Shown piece after piece: positions 19,129 through 27,352 of a stretch of DNA of 64,000 nt. Position numbers and translations under genes: made by a program. Location of the stretch: contig JAHLLG010000005.1 in NCBI GenBank assembly GCA_020444275.1, positions 88,004 to 152,003 on the forward strand. The letters are read 5' to 3'. The notes below the pieces were generated by a model. It did not search any database and was not told where the DNA came from. It was given only the letters and a program-made list of their open reading frames with translations. Source of the stretch: Bacteroidota bacterium. GTDB taxonomy: Bacteria; Bacteroidota; Bacteroidia; Bacteroidales; UBA12077. The stretch's first letter is position 1, and every line of letters begins with the position of its first letter.

Positions 19129-22100
19129 TTAGTCCATTATATATCCACCTTTTTCTCCTCCTTCTGGTCCCAGTTCAACAACATGATCCGCAACTTTTAT
19201 CAACCATGGATGATGCTCTATAATGTAAAGTGCGTGTCCCTGATCCCGAAGTTTAAATAGAATATTCAGGAGTTTTTCTATATCGTAAAAATGTAATCCT
19301 GTAGTAGGTTCATCCAATAGATACAAGCATTGCCCTTTTGGTTTTTTGATCAGTTCTTTGGCCAGTTTTAATCGTTGCGCTTCGCCGCCGGAAAGAGCAG
19401 TTGCCGATTGCCCCAGTTTTAAATGCCCCAAACCTAAGTCGTTTAAAAGCATGAATGCTTCGTGTAGTTTGGTTTCTTCTTTAAATATATCGCTGGCTTG
19501 ATTTATGGTTAATTCCAGGATATTTGCAATAGAATAATTATTCCAGGTCACTTCCAGTATTTCTTCTTTAAATCGATGACCATTACAATCCGAACAGGTA
19601 ATCCAAACATCGGAAAGAAAATCCATAGAGATTTTAATTTTTCCCTGGCCTTTGCAGGTTTCACATCGGCCACCTTTTGTATTATACGAAAAATGCGATT
19701 TCTTAAAATTTAGTTTCTTCGCTTTCTCAGTAGAGGCAAACAAATCACGAATAATATCATATAAACCAAGGAACGTTAATGGCGTGCTCGACGGATTTCT
19801 TCCTATAGGAGACTGATCCATTTTTATCACAGATTCAAATTGATCCAACCCGGAGATTTCATTACAATGTATTGCTCTTCCAGTTTGCGCTGATTCTGCA
19901 ATTACATCAAATAAGAGGCTTGATTTTCCACTACCGGAAACTCCGGAAAATGCTGTAATACCATTAGTTGGTAAATCTAAATCAACATTTTTCAGATTAT
20001 TGGCATAAGCTGCTTTTATGAATAACCCAAAAGAGATATCGAGATCAGTTTTAGGACAATCAAACGAAAAATTGGTCTGTAGATATTTAGCCGTTACAGA
20101 GTTTGTATGCTTGATGAAATCATTATACTGATTTGCATAAACAACTTCTCCTCCTTCAGTTCCTGCGCCAGGCCCTAGTTCAATAACATAATCAGCAGAT
20201 TGAATGACCTCTTTATCATGTTCAACTACTACCACGGTATTTTCTTGTGCTAATTCTTTAATAAGATGAATGAGATTTTGCGTATCTTTTGAATGCAATC
20301 CTACTGTGGGTTCATCCAGAACATAGGTGATTCCTTTTAATTCGCCTCCTAATTGCGAAACCAATCTAAGTCTTCTTCCTTCACCTCCGGAAAGCGATAG
20401 GGTTGTTCTGTTGGGTTTTAAGTAGCCTAATCCAATTTCAATCAAGGCATTTAATTTATCCTGGCAGGAACGTATTATTTCCTGAGCTATTTTATGCTCT
20501 TTTTCTGATAATTTGTTTTTCAGATTTTCAAAAAATAGGAGGGATTCTGTTGATTCTAAATTGGACAGTTCAGCAATGTTTTTACCATCAATTGTGTACT
20601 CCAGGATGTTAGTATTTAATCTGGAACCCTGGCAAGTAGTGCACCTAACTTCTTTCATTAAAGCCGCAACATTCTTTCCTCCCTGCTTATCATGCTTTCT
20701 TATATATTCGTCGTTAATATAATAGATGAGGCCTGGCCAGGTTGATTTAAATTGATGAACACCTTCTCTGTTTTTACGCTTGTATTTCCATTGCACATCA
20801 TACTCACGGTCTCCTGTGCCTTGTAAAATAATATCTTTCGTTTCTTTGTCCAGATCAATCCATGGTATAGAAAGGTTTATGTTAAGTTTTTTCCCCACAG
20901 CATTTAGTATGGCCATATATTGTCCGTATGGATCGCCATAAAATTGTCCGGGTTTTGATCCTTTCATAGCTCCTTGATGAATGGGTAATTCAGGATTTGT
21001 AATAAGTTTATCCGGATCGCACGTGAGCTCAAAACCTAAACCATTGCATACGGGGCATGCCCCTGCTTCATGATTAAACGAGAAGTGATTGGATAGAATA
21101 GTACAAGGTTCATTATGCTGGTCTTTTGAAATTCTGGAATAGATTAGTCGATACAAATCATATAATCCGGAAACTGTGCCAACTGTAGCTCTCGGATTTT
21201 TGGTAATGGATTGATTGTTGATGGCAATAGTTGGCGTTAAACCAAGGTTTTCTGCAATATCTGGTCTTACTTTTTGTTGTATCATACTGCGTGCATAGGT
21301 CGAAAAACTCTCTGTATAGCGATATTGCCCTTCTGCAAATAAGGTATCAAAAGCTAACGACGATTTTCCACTACCACTAACACCTGTAATTACAGTAAGC
21401 TGATTTCTTGGAATCTCAACATCAATATTTTTTAAGTTGTGGGTTTTAATACCTTTTAGCTTGATCGGAGCATTAATTATTTCTTCAATATCCTCCTTAG
21501 GATGGGTAGTTACATGAGATTTTTCTTCAAGTAATGCCTTTGTTGTATGCGATGTTTTGCAGTTTAGAAGATTTTTATACGTTCCTGAAAATATAACCTT
21601 ACCACCCTGATCTCCACCTTCCGGTCCTAAATCGACAATATGATCTGCATTTTTAATGATACCAAAATCGTGTTCAATTACAATTACCGTATGACCATTT
21701 TTGGTGAGGTTTCTCAATGCGCTTAATAAGATCGAAACATCATAAGGGTGCAGTCCGGTAGTGGGCTCATCGAAAATATAAAGTGTATGATTCTTTGAAG
21801 GTTTTACCAATTGTGTAGCCAGTTTTAACCGCTGTGCTTCGCCACCCGATAGAGTTGTTGATGACTGACCCAGTGATAAGTATCCTAAACCTAATTCCTG
21901 CATCACTTCCAGATAGTGAGAAATCTTTGGTTCATCTTTAAAAAAATCACACGCATCTGAAATTTCCATTTCTAAGATTTCGGAGATGTTTTTTCCTTTA
22001 TATTTTACTTCTAACGTTTCTTCATCATATCGTTTGCCATCGCATGTTTCGCAAATGGTTTCGACATTCGATAAAAAATGCATTCCTGTTTGGGTGTAGC

Positions 22101-23967
22101 CTGCACCTTCGCAAGTTTCGCAGCGTCCGCCTTTGGTGTTAAATGAATAGTGACTCTGATTCCATTTTCTTTGCTTTGATTCTGGCAAGCTGGCAAATAG
22201 TTTTCTGATCTGATCAAATAATTTAGTGTATGTGGCCGGATTGCTTCTGGATGTTTTTCCAATAGGCGTTTGATCAATTTCGATTATCTTCTGAACTTTT
22301 GTGTCTGCAGAGATTTCGTCAAAAGAAGCGTTTTTATGCGTGTTATTGGAAAGTTTATCCGAATAGTATTTTCCTAATGTATCAAAAACCAAGGTTGATT
22401 TTCCTGCTCCTGAAACTCCTGTAACAACATTTAAGGCATGTAAACGAAACTGAACATCAATGTTTTTCAAATTATGAAGGTGAGCACCTTTTATGGTTAA
22501 CCACTTATTCTGTAATTCCCCTTGATAATATGAATCTGTAGTTTCTTTCTGTAAATACTTTAAAGTTTGACTGTTTATATTTTTTAACTGTAGAATAGCT
22601 GAGTTCGCTGCATTGAAAAGAATTTGTCCTCCGTCTTTGCCTGCATAGGGTCCAATATCAATTATCTGATCGGCATGTAGCATCGTTTCCTTATCGTGTT
22701 CAACAACTAAAACGGTATTCCCCTGGTTCCGAAGTTGCTCAATAATTTCAAGCATACGTTTATTATCACGTGGATGCAGCCCAATGGACGGTTCATCTAA
22801 AATGTAGAGCATGCCACGCAATTTATTACCAACCTGTGTTGCCAGACGAATACGCTGTGCTTCTCCACCCGATAGTGATGTAGATTCGCGCATTAACGTT
22901 AAATATCCTAATCCCAGGTTTTCAAGAATTATACATCGATCAATAATCTTTTCAATAATAGGCTGGGCAACTTCTTGCTGTATATCAGAGTAATCAAAAA
23001 CTAACAACTCTTTTTTGAGATTTGCGATTGATAGGGAGGAATATTCAATAATATTTTTATGATTGATGGTTACAGATAATGCTTCATCGTTAAGTCTTTT
23101 CCCCTGACAGCTGCTACACTTAACCGTTTTGGCAAATCGCAAAATATTAGGATTTCGATCTACACGAAGAATATTTTCCATAATCGGCAAAATGCCTTTG
23201 TAGTAACCTTCTTCGCGTGGCTTGGCTGTTATTCCACTCCATTTCATGCGCGATTCGAGGGTGTGTTTCCCAAACGGAATTTTTATTTTATTGCTACCGT
23301 TAAAGATGATATCTTTTTGTGCTTCAGTTAAATCTTGCCAGGGAATATCCACATGAAAACCTTCTGACTTGCATACCTGATTCAGCACATCAATGGTAAC
23401 TTGTGAGTAAATGGTATAGCCAGAGGGTGTTGTTATTTTTAATGCACCCTCACGTAAACTTTTTGCAGGATCTTTAATGAGCAATTCAGGATCAATCTGA
23501 TCTTCAACTCCTAATCCTTTGCAATGCGGACAAGCACCTTCCGGATTATTAAATGAAAAAAGGCTTCGGGTTAATTTTACATCAGAGAAAGCAGATGATT
23601 TTTTCCCAGTGCGAGCAAAAAGCAGTCGAAGGTAATCGTATATTTCACTAATAGTTCCCACAGTAGATCGCGGATTGCGGCTTACCGTTTTTTGATCAAC
23701 AGAAATAGCCGGCATCAACCCTTCAATTTTTTCTACTTCCGGGCGCGACATTTTGCCAAGAAACTGCCTGGCATACGATGAAAAGGATTCAAAATATCTA
23801 CGTTGACTTTCTTTGCAGATAATATCATATACAAGAGAAGACTTCCCTGAACCGGAAACACCGGTAAAACAATTAATTTTATGATGTGGAATTTTTAAGC
23901 TGACATCCTTAAGGTTGTTTTCTTTTGCTTTCTCTATAATGATATAATCTTGCGCTTTATTTTTCAT
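19129..23967 (-). CDS. tandem-duplicated UvrA-like ABC ATPase (four nucleotide-binding domains; no UvrB-binding domains)
   Basis: Four Walker A motifs (GVSGSGKSS, GVSGAGKST, GVSGSGKSS, GVSGSGKSS) and four LSGGE signatures. Paired zinc modules are present in each half (CPHCKGLG/CSSCQGKR/CETCEGAG..CETCDGKR and CPVCNGLG/CTTCQGSR/CETCKGQG..CSDCNGHR). Confidence 0.9.
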   Translation of the reverse strand: MKNKAQDYIIIEKAKENNLKDVSLKIPHHKINCFTGVSGSGKSSLVYDIICKESQRRYFESFSSYARQFLGKMSRPEVEKIEGLMPAISVDQKTVSRNPRSTVGTISEIYDYLRLLFARTGKKSSAFSDVKLTRSLFSFNNPEGACPHCKGLGVEDQIDPELLIKDPAKSLREGALKITTPSGYTIYSQVTIDVLNQVCKSEGFHVDIPWQDLTEAQKDIIFNGSNKIKIPFGKHTLESRMKWSGITAKPREEGYYKGILPIMENILRVDRNPNILRFAKTVKCSSCQGKRLNDEALSVTINHKNIIEYSSLSIANLKKELLVFDYSDIQQEVAQPIIEKIIDRCIILENLGLGYLTLMRESTSLSGGEAQRIRLATQVGNKLRGMLYILDEPSIGLHPRDNKRMLEIIEQLRNQGNTVLVVEHDKETMLHADQIIDIGPYAGKDGGQILFNAANSAILQLKNINSQTLKYLQKETTDSYYQGELQNKWLTIKGAHLHNLKNIDVQFRLHALNVVTGVSGAGKSTLVFDTLGKYYSDKLSNNTHKNASFDEISADTKVQKIIEIDQTPIGKTSRSNPATYTKLFDQIRKLFASLPESKQRKWNQSHYSFNTKGGRCETCEGAGYTQTGMHFLSNVETICETCDGKRYDEETLEVKYKGKNISEILEMEISDACDFFKDEPKISHYLEVMQELGLGYLSLGQSSTTLSGGEAQRLKLATQLVKPSKNHTLYIFDEPTTGLHPYDVSILLSALRNLTKNGHTVIVIEHDFGIIKNADHIVDLGPEGGDQGGKVIFSGTYKNLLNCKTSHTTKALLEEKSHVTTHPKEDIEEIINAPIKLKGIKTHNLKNIDVEIPRNQLTVITGVSGSGKSSLAFDTLFAEGQYRYTESFSTYARSMIQQKVRPDIAENLGLTPTIAINNQSITKNPRATVGTVSGLYDLYRLIYSRISKDQHNEPCTILSNHFSFNHEAGACPVCNGLGFELTCDPDKLITNPELPIHQGAMKGSKPGQFYGDPYGQYMAILNAVGKKLNINLSIPWIDLDKETKDIILQGTGDREYDVQWKYKRKNREGVHQFKSTWPGLIYYINDEYIRKHDKQGGKNVAALMKEVRCTTCQGSRLNTNILEYTIDGKNIAELSNLESTESLLFFENLKNKLSEKEHKIAQEIIRSCQDKLNALIEIGLGYLKPNRTTLSLSGGEGRRLRLVSQLGGELKGITYVLDEPTVGLHSKDTQNLIHLIKELAQENTVVVVEHDKEVIQSADYVIELGPGAGTEGGEVVYANQYNDFIKHTNSVTAKYLQTNFSFDCPKTDLDISFGLFIKAAYANNLKNVDLDLPTNGITAFSGVSGSGKSSLLFDVIAESAQTGRAIHCNEISGLDQFESVIKMDQSPIGRNPSSTPLTFLGLYDIIRDLFASTEKAKKLNFKKSHFSYNTKGGRCETCKGQGKIKISMDFLSDVWITCSDCNGHRFKEEILEVTWNNYSIANILELTINQASDIFKEETKLHEAFMLLNDLGLGHLKLGQSATALSGGEAQRLKLAKELIKKPKGQCLYLLDEPTTGLHFYDIEKLLNILFKLRDQGHALYIIEHHPWLIKVADHVVELGPEGGEKGGYIMD

Positions 23968-24035
23968 TTTTAAAGTTTACATGCAAAGATAGATAAATAG
24001 CGAATTTTCTGAAATGAAAGTTCCAAGTGAATGTA

Positions 24036-24070
24036 TATAAAAAAGAGGACTTAAAAACTAAAGTCCTCTC
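24036..24070 (-). terminator. terminator after the hydrolase operon
   Basis: Stem agaggactt / aagtcctct (24044-24052 / 24061-24069), with a T-run on the minus strand. Confidence 0.65.
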
Positions 24071-24114
24071 TCATTTCCGCATCATATAAAAACCAACCAT
24101 TTATAAGCCCTGGC

Positions 24115-25098
24115 TTATTCAAAATATTCAAAAGCTTCGATGATATCAAGATATACTCCATCAAACCCGGCATCAATAATTTTATCAAGATAAGCATTTT
24201 CACTACCCAGGATAATAGCTTGCCAATTGGTATCCCAATATTCAACTTTATAATTTCCTTCCCATTCGGGATTTTCTTCCTTAAGCCATGACGGAGATCC
24301 CACGGTCCACGATTCATCCCAATAATATCGGTAGTCTTCGGCTTCTCCGATACTCATGTACGAAACAATCAGTCGGGATCCACCATTCGCTTTTTGTTTT
24401 AATTGCTCAACTTCGGTTGCATTAAATTCCTGGTTGTCGTCGCCGAAGAAAAAATCCATGATTAACAAATCATAATTTGTTGCTTTTATTGCATTTACAA
24501 ATTCTGTTTTGGAAGAAAAATTGGATGGATTAATTAAATATAAGAAATTTTTCACATCATGAATACTTGTGATCACTTCACTATTTTCATTGTAAACTGT
24601 TAAGGGATAATCTGGGATTTGACTCAATTCCCTGTCATCAGCAGCAAAAGAAATATAGTTTTTCGCATTGTTTTTTGCATATGAATCATCCATTTTCGAG
24701 TGACTATAGCAATAGTCGGTAACCAAAATAACATTTCCTGTCGATTTAGATAGATCTAACAATGATGTAAGATATTCATTATCTTCAGTTCCTGTAGGAA
24801 TATCATCATCATCGTATCCATAAAATAAATCTTCTTGTCCGCATGCATCTATGGCATTGTTATAATTTATATCCGGAGATCCATCCGTGTCGCCATTATC
24901 AGAGACTAGCTCATGTCCATTTTGTGGTATAATAACAAAATTTGGATTTTTGGCTTTAGCATATTCACTAATTTCAGATACAAAATCTCTCATTTCTTGC
25001 TTAAAGTCCATATCAGGATTTACGTCATCGTCTTCTTCATCATCACTACACGAGAAAAAGATTGCCAGAATACAAGAAATTAAAATTATTTTTTTCAT
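24115..25098 (-). CDS. MJ1477/TM1410-family putative glycoside hydrolase (GH114-related TIM barrel), lipoprotein
   Basis: Lipobox ILAIFFSCSDD followed by a D/E-rich linker. Motifs YMSIGEAEDYRYYW, ENPEWEGNYKVEYWDTNWQ and GFDGVYLDIIEAFEYF. Confidence 0.7.
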   Translation of the reverse strand: MKKIILISCILAIFFSCSDDEEDDDVNPDMDFKQEMRDFVSEISEYAKAKNPNFVIIPQNGHELVSDNGDTDGSPDINYNNAIDACGQEDLFYGYDDDDIPTGTEDNEYLTSLLDLSKSTGNVILVTDYCYSHSKMDDSYAKNNAKNYISFAADDRELSQIPDYPLTVYNENSEVITSIHDVKNFLYLINPSNFSSKTEFVNAIKATNYDLLIMDFFFGDDNQEFNATEVEQLKQKANGGSRLIVSYMSIGEAEDYRYYWDESWTVGSPSWLKEENPEWEGNYKVEYWDTNWQAIILGSENAYLDKIIDAGFDGVYLDIIEAFEYFE

Positions 25099-25146
25099 GG
25101 TGGTTATGGTTTTAATTAGTTGATTATTCGTATAAAATACAAAGAT

Positions 25147-25716
25147 TTAATATGCATTTACTGCATAATTATTTCCATTTGAGCTTCTAAAATTTGCGCC
25201 TATCATATATTGATTATCATCTATATCGCCCATGATAAGATTAGTAATAATATCTTCAATGGTATAGTCATCAATTGGATATGAAATATAAATTCCGGAA
25301 GTGCTATTCACCTCAATAATAAGGTGATAACCCGAAGAACTATAGTCGGTAAACTCATAATGTATCGATCCGGATTCTATTACCATTCCATCGGTAGAAG
25401 TGTAATTGTTAAACGAAACTGTAAATTTCTTGATATATTCAGTGGTATATGATCCGGAAAATATAGGCCCGCTATATGCACTTCCATTAACAGTGTAGGT
25501 GCCATCGGGAGAATAATTCGTATAAATATATCCATAATCCAGATCATTTCGAATACTTTCAAGAATATCGTTCAGTTCAACAGCAACTAAATGAGCATCA
25601 TCTTTGTCTCGAATAGTACCAATAGTTGCTTCTTCAATAATATCTTCGCTTTCGTCACATGAAATAAATAATGTGAAAGCAAAGAGTATTATGCATATTA
25701 AATTGATTTTTTTCAT
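25147..25716 (-). CDS. hypothetical lipoprotein
   Basis: Lipobox FTLFISCDES. No domain recognised. Confidence 0.55.
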   Translation of the reverse strand: MKKINLICIILFAFTLFISCDESEDIIEEATIGTIRDKDDAHLVAVELNDILESIRNDLDYGYIYTNYSPDGTYTVNGSAYSGPIFSGSYTTEYIKKFTVSFNNYTSTDGMVIESGSIHYEFTDYSSSGYHLIIEVNSTSGIYISYPIDDYTIEDIITNLIMGDIDDNQYMIGANFRSSNGNNYAVNAY

Positions 25717-25740
25717 GATTCTAATTTTTACGTTGGATTT

Positions 25741-26439
25741 TTAATTTCCACCAAACTGCCAACCTAGTAATAGTTGAATTCCCGGGTATACTTGTGGATC
25801 AGCCAGAGAATTATAATCAATGGTGCTTTCAAATTCATAGTAATCATAATTTTCGGTTTCCTTTGAAATGGCTATAAAAATCCCAATTGACAGGTTAAAA
25901 GATTCATCAGTAATCATTCTATAACCTGCTCCGAAATGGAATACATTAGCTTTATACTCGTAGTAGTGCTTGCCATACGTACCTCCCGGATCGTAAGCTT
26001 CTTTTCCTTTAAATTTTTCATAGCCTATTTCAATATACGGACGATGGCGCCCTGATCCAATTGGAGGTAATACTTTTCCTGCAATACCTACTCCATACGA
26101 ACCGATAGTTGGTCCTCCATCCTCGGAAAACCAATCGGTAATAACGGCATGATAGAGTACACCGGCATAATTCCATCGAAAATATGGTCCAACTGCTATA
26201 ATATCAGCAATCTGGAAATCAAGATTGAGTTGTGGTCCAAAAAATATTAATCCTAACGGATCGAACTGAAGATTCATAAGTTTCAAGTTTACATCAGAAT
26301 TGGTAGTTGAATAAGAATTTAATTCGAGCGGTGAATCTTCAAGAGATAAAGATTTGTTGGGTTCAGTTGCCAAAACGGTAAAGTTTAAAGCAAAACTAAA
26401 TAGTGCTATACTTAGCAAAGTTTTTAGGTTCGTTTTCAT
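25741..26439 (-). CDS. putative outer-membrane beta-barrel protein
   Basis: Signal peptide, Gly/aromatic-rich alternating strands, C-terminal LLLGWQFGGN. Confidence 0.55.
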   Translation of the reverse strand: MKTNLKTLLSIALFSFALNFTVLATEPNKSLSLEDSPLELNSYSTTNSDVNLKLMNLQFDPLGLIFFGPQLNLDFQIADIIAVGPYFRWNYAGVLYHAVITDWFSEDGGPTIGSYGVGIAGKVLPPIGSGRHRPYIEIGYEKFKGKEAYDPGGTYGKHYYEYKANVFHFGAGYRMITDESFNLSIGIFIAISKETENYDYYEFESTIDYNSLADPQVYPGIQLLLGWQFGGN

Positions 26440-26539
26440 GTTAGTTGGCTTTTATGAATAAATGGTAATTAACTGAAGTAAATTTAGTGAATATCAACAA
26501 GATATGCCACTTAAATTGGCAAACGAGTGCAATGAGTTA

Positions 26540-26569
26540 ATGAACGTTGTGAACTGTTTAATTAACGTA
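26540..26569 (-). promoter_or_regulatory. candidate LytTR response-regulator binding site (two 9-bp direct repeats, 12-bp spacer)
   Basis: The minus strand reads TACGTTAAT (26569-26561) and AACGTTCAT (26548-26540). Both fit the LytTR consensus as I recall it, [TA][AC][CA]GTTN[AG][TG]. The site lies about 100 nt upstream of the barrel gene ATG. Confidence 0.5.
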
Positions 26570-26589
26570 TTAAGGGACTGTAATGTCTT

Positions 26590-27342
26590 TTATTTTGAAA
26601 GGTCTTCAAAAATTTTAAGCAATGATTCTTTTTTACGAACCGATACAGGAATAGATGACTGATCTTTAAGAACAATTAGTCCATCGGTTTTTTCGAAACG
26701 GTCAATAAAGTTAAGGTTAATGATATGCGATTTATGTACCCTTAAGAAACCATAATCATGAAGCATCTCTTCGTAATCTTTAATTACTTTGGAGATCATG
26801 ATCTTCTTACCATCGTTCAAATAGAAACGTGTATAAGCACCATCAGATTCACATCGGATAATATCAGCAACATCAATAAGATAGATGTTTTCAGCAGTTT
26901 TTAAAATGATCTTTTTAGGTTTATCGGCTAACCCTTTGATGTTTGATAATAATGCGCTTAACTTTAAGTTATTGTTCGATCGATCTAGTGCTTCCCTGGC
27001 TTTTTTAATGGCTTCTATTAATTCCAGCGGATCAATGGGTTTTACCAGGTAATCTATAGCACTGAGTTTTATTGCTTTTATGGCAAATTCTTCGAAAGCT
27101 GTAATAAAAATGATTTTAAAATCGATCGTTTTTAATTGCTCAAGAAGATCAAAACTGGTGCCATCGGGTAGGTTGATATCCAGCAGCACTAAATCCGGAT
27201 TTGTCTTTTGAATGAGTTCCTTTGCAGTACGAATAGTTCTAGCAACACCAATGAGTTTCGTTTCATCGCAGTGGTTTTCTACTATTTCAGTAATAGTTTC
27301 CAGTGTGGGTTTTTCATCTTCAAGCACAACTATTTTAATCAT
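26590..27342 (-). CDS. LytR/AlgR-family response regulator (REC + LytTR DNA-binding domain)
   Basis: REC domain (DLVLLDINLPDG, ...VKPI) and LytTR C-domain (FLRVHKSHIINLNFI). Confidence 0.9.
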   Translation of the reverse strand: MIKIVVLEDEKPTLETITEIVENHCDETKLIGVARTIRTAKELIQKTNPDLVLLDINLPDGTSFDLLEQLKTIDFKIIFITAFEEFAIKAIKLSAIDYLVKPIDPLELIEAIKKAREALDRSNNNLKLSALLSNIKGLADKPKKIILKTAENIYLIDVADIIRCESDGAYTRFYLNDGKKIMISKVIKDYEEMLHDYGFLRVHKSHIINLNFIDRFEKTDGLIVLKDQSSIPVSVRKKESLLKIFEDLSK

Positions 27343-27352
27343 ATCTGCAAGA

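Noticed and set aside
26514-26530. TGGCAA-N-TGCA sigma-54-like motif in the RR/barrel spacer
   Set aside because: The GG-GC spacing is one nucleotide short. It is also on the plus strand, pointing away from the minus-strand operon.
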